Positions 46,471-56,343 of a stretch of DNA of 64,000 nucleotides are shown one piece after another (position 1 is the first letter of the stretch; each line of letters opens with the position of its first letter). This stretch comes from a virus, in the IMG/VR virus record IMGVR_UViG_3300046328_000056, positions 2,297 to 66,296 of that record; one strand, 5' to 3'. Position numbers and translations under genes: made by a program. The notes beneath the pieces were generated by a model that was not told where the DNA came from, made no database searches, and saw only the letters and a program-made list of their open reading frames with translations.

Positions 46471-47640
46471 TCACGAAATCCGCATCCAAAGAGTTTCGTC
46501 CCAAGAAGACCCCACTGCATAGCCCATACATTTCCAAGTTCCGGCAACAGAGTACCCAGCGTTCATCCAACCATCGCCGTTATTGCTTGATGGAGAACCG
46601 CCAGTACCCGCGCTAGACCCTTTCCACAAACCCGCTGGGTATAAACTACTGCCCGCGACGTTACTACCAAAAGCAACCCCGCCAACATAACTGCCCAGAA
46701 AAGCGTAAGTTCCAACAGCGCCAGCCGACAACCCCGCAATGGCCGTACCCACTTGCGCACTGGAAACTGTGGTCACCGTGCTGGCGTTGGTTGCATTTGT
46801 GGCATTGGTGGCGTTTGTTGCGTTTGTAACTGCGGTGGAACCGATTTGAGCAACGATGTCGGCGGCTGAAGCCGCAGCAATTGCACCCGAGCCAGCACCT
46901 TTAAGGAGTGCGCCAGAGGTGAAGGTTGTAGCCCCAGTACCTCCGTTGCCAACAGGCAAAGTCCCAGTGACGTTGGTCGCCAAATTAACAAAGGTTGTAG
47001 ACGTTGTGCCTGTGCCGCCGTTAGCGATAGGCAGTGTTCCTGTGACGTCAGTAGTTAAAGCAACTTGAGCAAACGAGGTGTTTGTGCCGTCTGATCTAAG
47101 TACTCGGTTGGCAGTTTGCGCAGGAGCCAGTGCGTTGAACGCGGCATTGGCGGTAATTTGTCCAGTACCGCCCTTGGCAATAGCCAGAGTCCCAGTCAGG
47201 TTCTGCGCTTGCAGGTCGTAGAAATTTGTACCATCCGACCACACCATGATCTTGTCGCCGTTGGCAACCGTAATACCTGTACCCGCTGCTGTAGTGTTGC
47301 CAATAACAGTCGAGTTGTAGATGGTCATCGAGTATCCGCTGTTGTTCCAGACGATGTACTGCTTTGACACTGGGGGAGCATAGACGTTGAACGCCGCACC
47401 GGTAGTTGTCGTAAAACGCAACATGGCGTACACGGATTGGTTCAAAGCGGCTACCGCAGTCGGCCCGTTAACGTAGGTAAGAGCTTGGCTGGAACTTGTG
47501 ACGCTGACGGTCTGATACCCAGCAATCGAGGCATCAAAGACGTTTGAAAGGTTGCTGTTTGTAGTTGAACCCCAAGCACCAGCTTGGTCGCCTGAACCAA
47601 TCAACTCTACCCGCAGGCTACTTGAATACGTGCTGCTCAT
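46471..47640 (-). CDS. Tail fibre protein, copy 1
   Basis: 389 aa; about 83% identical to copy 2 by hand count, no indels. Confidence 0.85.
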   Translation of the reverse strand: MSSTYSSSLRVELIGSGDQAGAWGSTTNSNLSNVFDASIAGYQTVSVTSSSQALTYVNGPTAVAALNQSVYAMLRFTTTTGAAFNVYAPPVSKQYIVWNNSGYSMTIYNSTVIGNTTAAGTGITVANGDKIMVWSDGTNFYDLQAQNLTGTLAIAKGGTGQITANAAFNALAPAQTANRVLRSDGTNTSFAQVALTTDVTGTLPIANGGTGTTSTTFVNLATNVTGTLPVGNGGTGATTFTSGALLKGAGSGAIAAASAADIVAQIGSTAVTNATNATNATNATNASTVTTVSSAQVGTAIAGLSAGAVGTYAFLGSYVGGVAFGSNVAGSSLYPAGLWKGSSAGTGGSPSSNNGDGWMNAGYSVAGTWKCMGYAVGSSWDETLWMRIS

Positions 47641-47657
47641 TTAATTTGCTCCTGTGG

Positions 47658-50600
47658 TTAACTTTTCATAATATACGCAAGGGCGTAGTATGGGGGAAGG
47701 TTTGCATTGGTGCCAGACACACCTGTTGCTGCAACTGTTGTTGTAATGTTTGCAAACCCCGTTCCGGTATTAACGTTGGCAACACGGTTTGGCGCGCCTG
47801 ACGCATTTTGTCCGCTCGGAGAAAATGGTTGAAATCCCCCTGAATGCACATGTCCAGAATCTGTTGATGTTGCAGTATGCGTGTGGCTAACAATAACAGC
47901 ATTAGCAGAACCGCCTGTACCGGCAACTGCGTATGTACTGCCAGCACCAACGATAAAACGGTCACGTAAGTCAGGAGTGCCGCTAGTGCCGTTACATAGC
48001 AGCCAACCACTAGGAATACTGGCGATTGAACCAGACCACATAACAATGCTGCCGGAAGGAACTCCGTTATCGGCCACTCTTGCAGAATCAACACGAACGC
48101 CATAAGTGCTTACTCCATTCCAGCCCATCAATGTAGGGTATGTCGCACTCCAAACAACTTGGGAATTAGTGTTGTTTACCGCAGTGCCATCAGGTGCAGT
48201 GCTTGCTGAAGCATCAAAAATTGTATGGTTGTTGGAATAGTTTTTCCACGACAATTGCCCAACAACAGCAGTGATTGTTCCGTTGGTTGACCAGTTGGTG
48301 CGGTTGGTTGAAAGATTGGTTGCAGTATCCGCATTACCAGTCAAAGCAGCATTGATTGTTCCCGCCGTGAAGTTGCCAGACCCGTCACGTTGAACAATTG
48401 CAGACGCCGTGTTTGCGCTGGTTGCTGTTGTCCACGTTGGAGCCGCAGCACCAGCGGATGTGAGGACTTGCCCAGATGTGCCTGCTGTTGAGTACGCTTG
48501 TGCTGTACCTGTGCCGTAAACAACCCCGCCGTTTGTTGGAGTAGCCGTACTGTTTGTACCGCCGTTGGCAATTGGCAAAGTCCCATCAACATGTGTCGCC
48601 AAGCCAATCTTGCCCCAGCTTGGAGCCGCAGCCACGCCGCCAGAAATCAGCGCATTGCCAACTACTACATCCGCGAGTTGCGCCAACGTCGTTGTTGTGT
48701 CTGCGTAAAGTAAATCTCCCACAGCGTAAGAGGCAAAGCCAGTGCCGCCATAAGCAGCAGCAATAGTTGTAGCGTTCCAAGTACCAGCAGTAAGAGTACC
48801 GACTCCAGTAACGCCCGTGTAGCTGCCAGACAAGCGCGAAGTGCCCAGAGTACCCGAAGTAATGTTTGAAGCATCGGTTGTATCCGTTGTTGCTGATGGG
48901 GCCAAGCCTGTGATGTCAGACGCCGCAGGTTGCTCCCAGCCGGGGGCTTGCCCAGCCGTGCCCGTACCTGTTTGGGCCAAGAACTTCTTGGTGGTTGTGG
49001 TGTTGGCCGTCACCTTGTCCAGCGATGTTGTGGTGTTGGCATACAGCATCTCGCCTTGGGCGTAGCCAGTAATCCCTGTGCCACCATTACCAACTGGAAG
49101 TGCGCCAGCTACTGCGGCTGATTGATCTAAAGCAACAGCGTTCCATTCAACCTGCGTACCTGCACCGTTGACTGACAACGTCTTGTAGGCCGCGCCAAGA
49201 GCCAACTTGCTCCATGTGTTTGAAGCGGAGCCGTACAGCAGATCGCCAACTGCGACTGTGTTTACGCCTGTACCGCCATTGGTAGCCGCGACGGTTCCGG
49301 TCAAAGAAATCGTCTGACCAGTGATGTCGATGTTCGTACCGCCAACGTAGTCAACGGAGCCACTGAACTGTGTATATGTCAGCGTGGTATACCCAATAAT
49401 CATTGTGTTGGGTTCAGTGGTCAGAACGTGCGAGTCGCCAGCGTTCAGCAAACCTTCTTGGGTGAAGAAGTAGTCGCCTGTGCCAAGCCCATCAGGATCG
49501 GCGGGGCTGACAAAACTGGCGTCATCGGCACGGGTCAAAACCCAATTTGTACCGCCGGGGTCTGGAGTACCCACAGTGGTAACCACGTACACACCGTTTT
49601 CTTCGCCATTTGTTTGCAGCCGCACCATGACACGGTTGGTCGTGGAAAGATTAACCCCATCAATTTGCAACGCTGCTTTTGTACCTGCGTTGGTCAGATA
49701 CGCTCCGACACCAGAATTAGCCCGTGTTGCATATGCCAAACCAGAAGCGTTGGTCAGCCCAGTTATTTGTGAGCCGCCAAATGTCAGCGACAGGGTCAAG
49801 GTATTCAACGCAGGGGTTGAGTACACAAAATAGGCGGTGTTTGTAGACAGGCCGTTACCAGCGGTGCTGTACAACCAAATTTGGTCGCCAATAGACAAGC
49901 CGTGGTTCACAGACGTGGTTACTGTGTTTGTGCCGGTAATGTCTGTGATGTTGAATGTCGTGCCGCCCTGCGTGTAGGTAGCGGTCAGATTGCCGGTTGT
50001 TTCAACCCGCACAGGCTCGTGGATGTGCAATCCTGCGGTGACTTGGTTGTCAACATATTGCTTGGTGGCCGCTTGCAATGGGAGAGCGGGGTTGGCATTC
50101 AAGGTCACAGTAGAGCCAAACGTAGCAGCCCCTGTCACATCCGCCGCGCCAGTCACATCCAAAGCACCGCCAACATTCACATCGGCAACAGTTGTGACGG
50201 CCTTGGTTGTCTTGTCAATCCGAACTGCTTCATCCGCCGCATCAACGCCGCCCGCAAACAGAACGACGTCGTCGGTGGCGCTACCAAGAAAAAGCTCCCC
50301 GCCATCGTTGAAAAGGTAGGCTGAGCCGGGTGTGAAGATGGGGTAGGTTGCAGATGTGTATGTTGAGCTGTTGATGCCCATGTCCACAAAGTTGTTGACC
50401 CCGTCCCCAAGATCGTTGTACGCCACAAAGTCGGCAGATGCTTCTGTGCCATCGCTCAAATTTTGGGCATAGAACTGAGCAAACGAATCAATGTCTGCGT
50501 ACATTTCGCCAAGTGCGGCTGAGAATGTGGTAAAGCTTGTGACCCCTGTACCAATCACAGTAATTGGGCCACCGTCGATCAAGACATTGCCACTCAACTC

Positions 50601-50912
50601 TTCATATATTGCCTTCTCAGCGGGGTAGGTACAGAATACGTCCTTGTCGCCAGAACCAAAGCTGATCTTCGCCCCAGCCGCGCTGGAAGACAGAATTGTG
50701 TTGCGGGTAAGTGTCGGGCCAGACGTGGTGTACTGCCCGTAGCCAACTTCCCAGTCGCCTGTGGCTGGGTCTACAGCGGCGTAGTATGTGTAGTTGTTGT
50801 TGCCGATTGCGGCAAACGTCTGGAAGCCAGACGGCGCACCGCCCAATATAAAGTCTGCTGTGCCTGTAGTGGCGCTAACAACTTTAACTCGGTCTTTTAC
50901 AACGATTGCCAT
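47658..50912 (-). CDS. Long tail fibre with C-terminal collar domain
   Basis: 1084 aa; xxGGTG repeats; VPSGSIVMWSG...GWLLCNG...TPDLRDRFIVGAG...NLPPYYALAYIMK. Confidence 0.85.
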   Translation of the reverse strand: MAIVVKDRVKVVSATTGTADFILGGAPSGFQTFAAIGNNNYTYYAAVDPATGDWEVGYGQYTTSGPTLTRNTILSSSAAGAKISFGSGDKDVFCTYPAEKAIYEELSGNVLIDGGPITVIGTGVTSFTTFSAALGEMYADIDSFAQFYAQNLSDGTEASADFVAYNDLGDGVNNFVDMGINSSTYTSATYPIFTPGSAYLFNDGGELFLGSATDDVVLFAGGVDAADEAVRIDKTTKAVTTVADVNVGGALDVTGAADVTGAATFGSTVTLNANPALPLQAATKQYVDNQVTAGLHIHEPVRVETTGNLTATYTQGGTTFNITDITGTNTVTTSVNHGLSIGDQIWLYSTAGNGLSTNTAYFVYSTPALNTLTLSLTFGGSQITGLTNASGLAYATRANSGVGAYLTNAGTKAALQIDGVNLSTTNRVMVRLQTNGEENGVYVVTTVGTPDPGGTNWVLTRADDASFVSPADPDGLGTGDYFFTQEGLLNAGDSHVLTTEPNTMIIGYTTLTYTQFSGSVDYVGGTNIDITGQTISLTGTVAATNGGTGVNTVAVGDLLYGSASNTWSKLALGAAYKTLSVNGAGTQVEWNAVALDQSAAVAGALPVGNGGTGITGYAQGEMLYANTTTSLDKVTANTTTTKKFLAQTGTGTAGQAPGWEQPAASDITGLAPSATTDTTDASNITSGTLGTSRLSGSYTGVTGVGTLTAGTWNATTIAAAYGGTGFASYAVGDLLYADTTTTLAQLADVVVGNALISGGVAAAPSWGKIGLATHVDGTLPIANGGTNSTATPTNGGVVYGTGTAQAYSTAGTSGQVLTSAGAAAPTWTTATSANTASAIVQRDGSGNFTAGTINAALTGNADTATNLSTNRTNWSTNGTITAVVGQLSWKNYSNNHTIFDASASTAPDGTAVNNTNSQVVWSATYPTLMGWNGVSTYGVRVDSARVADNGVPSGSIVMWSGSIASIPSGWLLCNGTSGTPDLRDRFIVGAGSTYAVAGTGGSANAVIVSHTHTATSTDSGHVHSGGFQPFSPSGQNASGAPNRVANVNTGTGFANITTTVAATGVSGTNANLPPYYALAYIMKS

Positions 50913-50916
50913 TTGG

Positions 50917-51840
50917 TCAGCCCTGCGTTTTTATTACTTGCCATGTGTCAGTTTGACCGTCGTAGATGACTGTCCAACCAGCATTCTGAGCATCATTGAT
51001 GTTCTGCCATCCGCCTGTCTGGGCTGTCCCAATCGTGGCCCAAGTCGTTGTCTGGGAGGCATTGATATTGCCCCAGTTTGCCGTTTGCGCATCGTTGATG
51101 ATCTCCCAAAGCAGTCTAGCAATGATCTGATCTGCGGCTACCGCACCTTCGGTAATGGTAGCAAAAAAGACCGCACTTGCAAAGACTGCGTCTAGTGCCT
51201 GCGCTGTTTCACTGATGGCGGCGTTAAAGGTAGAAGGGGCCACCAACGCACTGTCTGAGCCAGCCGCTGTTTCAGAAACGGCCACCCCAAAACCTGCCGC
51301 CGCACTAGTGGCATCCAGCCCCGAAACAATCTCCACCACTGCCGCCCGAAAATCTACACTCACTGCGGTGGCGTCTAGCGCAGCAGCCAGCTCAGAGACT
51401 GCGGCTAGGTAATCCAATCGTGCGGTTGCACTGTCACTACCAGTCGCTGTTTCAGCAATAGAAGAGATGAAATCTGCCAAAGCAGAGGCGACGTCTTCGG
51501 CTGTTGCTGCTTCAAGTATTGCCGCTTGGAAATCCACCAAAGCGGAGGTGCTGTCAGCACCGGCGGCAGTCTCTGCAATGTTCACAGCAAAGTCAACCAG
51601 TACAGAAACGATGTCTGATCCGGCGGACGCTTCGCTGATTACAGTGTTGAAAACAGAAGCGGCCACAAGAACGGTGTCCGAACCAGTGGCGGCATCGGCA
51701 GTGCTTGAGTTAAATGCCGCTTGCGCTGCGGTGGTGTCTAAGGCCGAAACGCTTTCAGTAATTAGGCTGTCAAGGCTTCGCCCGCCAGCCGCCCCTTGCG
51801 AGGCAAACGGTGCTTGGGCAAAGGCTGATTCTGCAAACAC
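50917..51840 (-). CDS. Ala-rich repetitive structural protein
   Basis: About 21-aa repeats (F..A+.E.A.G.D); Trp-spaced C-terminus. Confidence 0.7.
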   Translation of the reverse strand: MFAESAFAQAPFASQGAAGGRSLDSLITESVSALDTTAAQAAFNSSTADAATGSDTVLVAASVFNTVISEASAGSDIVSVLVDFAVNIAETAAGADSTSALVDFQAAILEAATAEDVASALADFISSIAETATGSDSATARLDYLAAVSELAAALDATAVSVDFRAAVVEIVSGLDATSAAAGFGVAVSETAAGSDSALVAPSTFNAAISETAQALDAVFASAVFFATITEGAVAADQIIARLLWEIINDAQTANWGNINASQTTTWATIGTAQTGGWQNINDAQNAGWTVIYDGQTDTWQVIKTQG

Positions 51841-51843
51841 TCA

Positions 51844-52419
51844 TTAAGCAGCGTCAAGGCTGAACGTGTAGGTCACATTCAAAGTGTCGCCAGCAACAAC
51901 GGTACGGTCGCCGGGAGACTGGAAGTCTGACTCGGAAAACAACACGCCAGATGTGCCACTAGACACGGTACACAGGAACGCACCAGCGATCACGCCGCCT
52001 GCACCAGAAATGGTGAAAGCAGAAGGCGTGGCTGAGTTGCTGATGACTGAGGGGTCTGCGGTTGTGGCTGTACCAAATGTCACGGCCTTACGTGCGCCGC
52101 TGTAGTCTGTGTATTCAGTCCAAGCGTGGGAGGCCAAAGTGTCGGCTGCGGCAAAGGTAGTGCCTGAACCGGGGCCTGTAATCAAGCCAAGGTAGAGCGC
52201 GGCAGTGTAGGTTGAACCCTTGAAATACTGGGTGTTCATGTCCTGCAAACCCTCGTTCACAACCAAGTTGTGCTCGGAGGTTTTCCATTTCAGGTTGCCG
52301 TCTTTGTCAAAACACTGGACGTGGAAGACGCCGCCTGCACGAGCACCTGAATCGGCTCCAGTACGAGCGACAAGACCCGCGCTTACGGTATCTGTTGAAG
52401 TTGCTTTTTCGTTGAACAT
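51844..52419 (-). CDS. Tail structural protein
   Basis: HNLVVNEG...LYLGL...GDTLNVTYTFS. Confidence 0.7.
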   Translation of the reverse strand: MFNEKATSTDTVSAGLVARTGADSGARAGGVFHVQCFDKDGNLKWKTSEHNLVVNEGLQDMNTQYFKGSTYTAALYLGLITGPGSGTTFAAADTLASHAWTEYTDYSGARKAVTFGTATTADPSVISNSATPSAFTISGAGGVIAGAFLCTVSSGTSGVLFSESDFQSPGDRTVVAGDTLNVTYTFSLDAA

Positions 52420-52428
52420 GGTCGCTCC

Positions 52429-52851
52429 TTAAACGAGTCTGATGAGTGCGGATGTGCTGGTGTTAGCTGGCATCGCCACGGTGAAAGTTGATGTGGAAGT
52501 TTTATTGCTGCCAAAGTCCAACACACATACTGCGTCTCCAGTTGTGTTGTTGTAGATCAGTGCCCCACGAGCAGTGATTGCTCCAGTCCATGCTGGCGCT
52601 GCGAACGATACATAAACTGTGCTGCCTGTTGTGGTGGCGGCGGTGGATACAGTAGCGGCAACAGTCTGACCGCCAGCGGAATAGTTTCCGCCAGACGCCT
52701 CGCCAGTGGCTGAGTAACCTGAAGTCTCTGCGTTAAGCGTAGCTGTGTTGGTATACAAAGCCAGCTTAAATACATCCGATGAAAAGTTCATCGTGCCGTT
52801 CATCAAGGCTGTGCGCAGTGAGTTGCAGGAGTAGTTGCCGGTAAATGCCAT
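52429..52851 (-). CDS. Tail structural protein
   Basis: FKLALYT...YSAGG...ARGALIYN...VLDFG. Confidence 0.7.
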   Translation of the reverse strand: MAFTGNYSCNSLRTALMNGTMNFSSDVFKLALYTNTATLNAETSGYSATGEASGGNYSAGGQTVAATVSTAATTTGSTVYVSFAAPAWTGAITARGALIYNNTTGDAVCVLDFGSNKTSTSTFTVAMPANTSTSALIRLV

Positions 52852-53588
52852 TAACGCACTCCATTATTCTGTGGCAGCGGAGCTTCGCGGTACTGCCCAC
52901 TACGGTAAGCATCGCTGCGCTCCATACCATCGCCCAGACGTTTGGCCAACCCAAGTGCTTCTTTGTACTTGCCGTCATAAAGCGCAATGATGTCTTGCTC
53001 GCCCTTCATGAAGGTGTAAGCCTCGACCAGTGAACCATACAACAGCACGGAATCAAAGTTGTCGCCCAACCAAGTGTGGCCAGAAGCCACAGTCGTGATG
53101 GATTCGGGATAGTAGTAGTAGTGCAACTCAACGTCATACGCCGCATCAGGAGTTGGGCCAAGAATGAAACTCAGCTCGTTTGTGATGGCAGGGCTTGGGT
53201 CGTTGGTAGTCGTTGGGCCAAACAGAGCGTAGTACTTGGGTGTTGAGTAACCTGCGGCACCCGTATTTGGGTATGCCTGACGGATGAAATTCACATCCTT
53301 GTTCAACAGGTACTCGTAATTGTCGTCCGCATCAATCACGGCCAACGAATACGACGCCAAAAAGTCGGCGGGGCACGATAGATACTTGTTACCAGTCGTG
53401 GTTACCCCCGTCACATTCTTGCGCAACGAGGGGAACTGAACCGTGTTGTAGATGCGCTGCTCAGCCTGCGTGATGAAGGTGTTTAACTGAGCCGTTGAAG
53501 ACTCAGTTGCTCCACTTGCAAGGTACGTTTCCGGGAACGTATTCTCGGTGTACGACTGAATAGCAGCAATCAACTCGGTGTAGGTCAT
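52851..53588 (-). CDS. Head-tail adaptor-like protein
   Basis: MTYTELIAAIQSY...FITQAEQRI...GPTPD...LLYGSLVEA. Confidence 0.65.
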   Translation of the reverse strand: MTYTELIAAIQSYTENTFPETYLASGATESSTAQLNTFITQAEQRIYNTVQFPSLRKNVTGVTTTGNKYLSCPADFLASYSLAVIDADDNYEYLLNKDVNFIRQAYPNTGAAGYSTPKYYALFGPTTTNDPSPAITNELSFILGPTPDAAYDVELHYYYYPESITTVASGHTWLGDNFDSVLLYGSLVEAYTFMKGEQDIIALYDGKYKEALGLAKRLGDGMERSDAYRSGQYREAPLPQNNGVR

Positions 53589-53842
53589 GCCATCGGGCCT
53601 CGGGCCATCAAGCCTTTAGTTGCCGCGCCAGTGCCGCGAATCTTGATGCCGCTGGTTTTGGTTTCAGAGTAGTTGCCTTTGCTGATGCCACCAGCAGACA
53701 TGTTCATCTGATTCATGCGGGCTGCGCCGGTCTCTGTAGGCACTTCTGCCTTCAAAGCCTTACCCTTCATAGTGTGTGGCTCTGCGTAGACGCTGGCTGG
53801 ACCAACTTCTTTGCCGCCCTTTTTCATGCTGTATTTAGCCAT
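53585..53842 (-). CDS. Small basic virion-associated protein
   Basis: MKKGG; C-terminal IRGTGAATKG. Confidence 0.65.
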   Translation of the reverse strand: MAKYSMKKGGKEVGPASVYAEPHTMKGKALKAEVPTETGAARMNQMNMSAGGISKGNYSETKTSGIKIRGTGAATKGLMARGPMA

Positions 53843-53843
53843 A

Positions 53844-54008
53844 TTAGCCTCCGCGAGCGCCGCCGCGCTGATTCATTGCACGAGCAACATTGCGGCCATA
53901 CTTGCGCATGGATTCGCCTGTCACGCCACCTTTGGCCATTTTGTGCATACGCTGCTCGTGAGATTTCACTTCTTTGCTGGCAATGCGTTTAACTGCTTTC
54001 GTGTCCAT
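53844..54008 (-). CDS. Small basic protein
   Basis: Hand translation MDTKAVKRIASKEVKSHEQRMHKMAKGGVTGESMRKYGRNVARAMNQRGGARGG; SD AAGGAG. Confidence 0.65.
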   Translation of the reverse strand: MDTKAVKRIASKEVKSHEQRMHKMAKGGVTGESMRKYGRNVARAMNQRGGARGG

Positions 54009-54017
54009 ATCGACTCC

Positions 54018-54446
54018 TTATGTCGTTACAACCGTAACTGTACCAAGTTCCACAGTCAAAACCAAATTATTTGGAGTCAATGTGGCATCAAAAAATGAAG
54101 AACCTCCTACGGGATTCCACCCCCACTGGAAGATTCGACTTCCCGCCTCGTTGGTTCCTGAACCTGTTGGCCCAGTCCCACCATTCACGTTAATCTGCAA
54201 CCCGCTGTTGCCTGACAAAAGATAGCTTCGATCTGGGCGGGGGTTACGCAAACCTTGGGGGTCGTCCACCGGGAACATACCCAACTGCAACTGAGGCTGG
54301 TCAGGGTCCCAACACTCTGGACATACAAGCAAGTCGTAGTTCTTGGTTTTGATGATCTCTTTGCGCAAAACCTTGAGCTTGAACCGCTGGTCGCAACGGT
54401 CGCACTGGGCGATTGCCCATTTGCCGCTGGCGAACCTATTTCCCAT
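54018..54446 (-). CDS. Conserved Zn-binding protein
   Basis: CDRC...VCPECWDPDQPQL...DPQGLRNPRPD. Confidence 0.7.
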   Translation of the reverse strand: MGNRFASGKWAIAQCDRCDQRFKLKVLRKEIIKTKNYDLLVCPECWDPDQPQLQLGMFPVDDPQGLRNPRPDRSYLLSGNSGLQINVNGGTGPTGSGTNEAGSRIFQWGWNPVGGSSFFDATLTPNNLVLTVELGTVTVVTT

Positions 54447-54901
54447 TACACAATTCTCCCTTTGGTCTTACCACGGGATGCGATACCGTCGGCTCGGCGA
54501 GAGGCGGTCATGCCGCCCTTCTTCATGCCTGTACCGGCAGCGCCCACCGGGTCTTTGGTACGGACTGCGTCGCCACCTGCGTCTTCGTATTCATCGTTGT
54601 CCTTGGCTGCGGCGGCTTCTTTGCTGGTCATTGCTTTTACACCCGCGCCAGCAGCGCCTGCGCCTGCGGCTCGACCAACCATGCGGCTTACAGCTCGATC
54701 TTCGGCCAACTCAACAGATTTTTTGGCCGCGCCTTTTGCTTTAGTTGGTGGGGCGGTGATCTTTTTAATGTCGTCCATGAGGCTGGCGTTGCCCTTCATT
54801 GAGGGCATTCCGCTCCATTTGGTGCTTTTAATGCTCGCACCAGCACCGCCGCCTTCAAGCAGTTGTTCATCCAAACCACGCCTTGAGGGGTTCTTAGCCA
54901 T
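54446..54901 (-). CDS. Small protein with C-terminal tag
   Basis: Ends MKKGGMTASRRADGIASRGKTKGRIV. Confidence 0.7.
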   Translation of the reverse strand: MAKNPSRRGLDEQLLEGGGAGASIKSTKWSGMPSMKGNASLMDDIKKITAPPTKAKGAAKKSVELAEDRAVSRMVGRAAGAGAAGAGVKAMTSKEAAAAKDNDEYEDAGGDAVRTKDPVGAAGTGMKKGGMTASRRADGIASRGKTKGRIV

Positions 54902-55830
54902 TATGTACCTCCAATATATTGCTGTCTGGGCACGAACCGAATTGCGGCTTTTTCGTGGTCCTCATACGCAGCCAATTCCCAAGCCTCGTCATACTGAGCC
55001 TTCAGAAACTGTAGGCGCTCAGCGCCTTGCGGGATTTTTCCAGCCACGTAGTAAGACAAACCTGCAACCATGCAAGGGATAAAGCGGAATGGAACGTCCA
55101 TTACGTTCACACCGCCGCCAGCGTCTTGGGTGCGGCGCAGTCGCCAGTACACGAATTGGTACGGCTGCACATTGTCTGGGGTTGGCCAAACGGTCACGGC
55201 GGGCAGGTTCTGTACGGCCACGGCCACGCCAGTCAGGTGAGCTGCGGCTGTGGTGTTGTTCTGCCCACGGAAGCAATTATTGAGCGTATTGCCGTCGATA
55301 TAACCATAATTGATGGTTTCTGAGCCTATCTGCACAAAGCCCACAGCGGGCATACCAGCGGTGGAAGTCACCGTGATTGTGGTGTCAGTGGCTGAAATAC
55401 CGCCATTCAACGTGGTAATCGGGGCCGCAGTCTGGCCATCCAGACGCTGTACCCACACCTGAATTGGGCGGGCCTGTTGAAGCTTGTTGGGCAGGGTAGC
55501 GTAGGTGGAGACACTGATGCGTGTGATGGTCAGGTCGGCCTGAGTAGCGACGTTGTTGGCTTGTGTGCGGATGACGTGCTCCAGCAAGTCCACGGTGTCA
55601 TTGGGCAGGGCATAGGTGTTCTGGCCCGGAACCAAATCAATGACCCCGGTCTCAATCGTCCACATGTTGATGCCACGGTTGGCCCACTCAGCGAACATGA
55701 TGTTGAGGCTACGGCGAGCCGTGCGCAGGTCGTAACCCGTGCGCAGTTCACCCCCAGCGCGTTCAAACGCCTCCTCGACTAAGTCGGTCAGGTCGAGGTT
55801 AAATGATGTGGAGCCGGAAGTAACTGCCAT
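54901..55830 (-). CDS. Head-tail adaptor / tail tubular-like protein with an inserted beta domain
   Basis: VEEAFER..G.ELRTGYDLRTARRSLN...WANRGIN.WT; VPFRFIPCMVAGL. Confidence 0.7.
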   Translation of the reverse strand: MAVTSGSTSFNLDLTDLVEEAFERAGGELRTGYDLRTARRSLNIMFAEWANRGINMWTIETGVIDLVPGQNTYALPNDTVDLLEHVIRTQANNVATQADLTITRISVSTYATLPNKLQQARPIQVWVQRLDGQTAAPITTLNGGISATDTTITVTSTAGMPAVGFVQIGSETINYGYIDGNTLNNCFRGQNNTTAAAHLTGVAVAVQNLPAVTVWPTPDNVQPYQFVYWRLRRTQDAGGGVNVMDVPFRFIPCMVAGLSYYVAGKIPQGAERLQFLKAQYDEAWELAAYEDHEKAAIRFVPRQQYIGGT

Positions 55831-55831
55831 A

Positions 55832-56110
55832 TTAAATCAACTTTCCACGGGTTTTGCCGCGAGATGCTACACCGTCGGCGGATTTTATATACCCACCACG
55901 CTTAGCCGTTACAGGCTGTTCATCGGATTCTGTAGAACTTATTTTTTCTGGAAGCTTGCCGGGAATAAGTTTGGGTATGTAGCGTGAACCACCATAAGTT
56001 GTATCCATGCGGTTGCTCGCAGCGTTAGCTTTACTAATGCTGTCGTATTCTTTATTACGCACCCAGTTTTGAGACTTTATATCCCAAACACCAAACTTAT
56101 TATCCGCCAT
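55832..56110 (-). CDS. Small protein with C-terminal tag
   Basis: Ends KRGGYIKSADGVASRGKTRGKLI. Confidence 0.65.
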   Translation of the reverse strand: MADNKFGVWDIKSQNWVRNKEYDSISKANAASNRMDTTYGGSRYIPKLIPGKLPEKISSTESDEQPVTAKRGGYIKSADGVASRGKTRGKLI

Positions 56111-56343
56111 TATCTAAACCCTGCCGTTTTCTTTGCGATGTTTTTGGGTTGCGCCACAAACTGCTTACCCGCTGCCTTACCTTTGCGCTTGGCTTTGGTT
56201 GTGGCTGCGTACTCGGCGGAAGACAAAGACTTAATGGCCGCTTCAGGGAGATACCTCTCACCTGTTTTTGACGAAGGCTTCCCCGACTTGGTACGCCATT
56301 TCTGGTCGCCCCAATTTTTAAGGGAAGTCTGCGGTGCTTTCAA
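56110..56343 (-). CDS. Small basic conserved phage protein
   Basis: SLKNWGDQKWRTKSGKPSSKTGERYLP. Confidence 0.7.
   Translation of the reverse strand: MKAPQTSLKNWGDQKWRTKSGKPSSKTGERYLPEAAIKSLSSAEYAATTKAKRKGKAAGKQFVAQPKNIAKKTAGFR

Noticed and set aside
45281-47640. Diversity-generating retroelement template/variable repeat pair
   Set aside because: No reverse transcriptase seen; both copies are full-length ORFs with differences spread throughout rather than confined to adenines.
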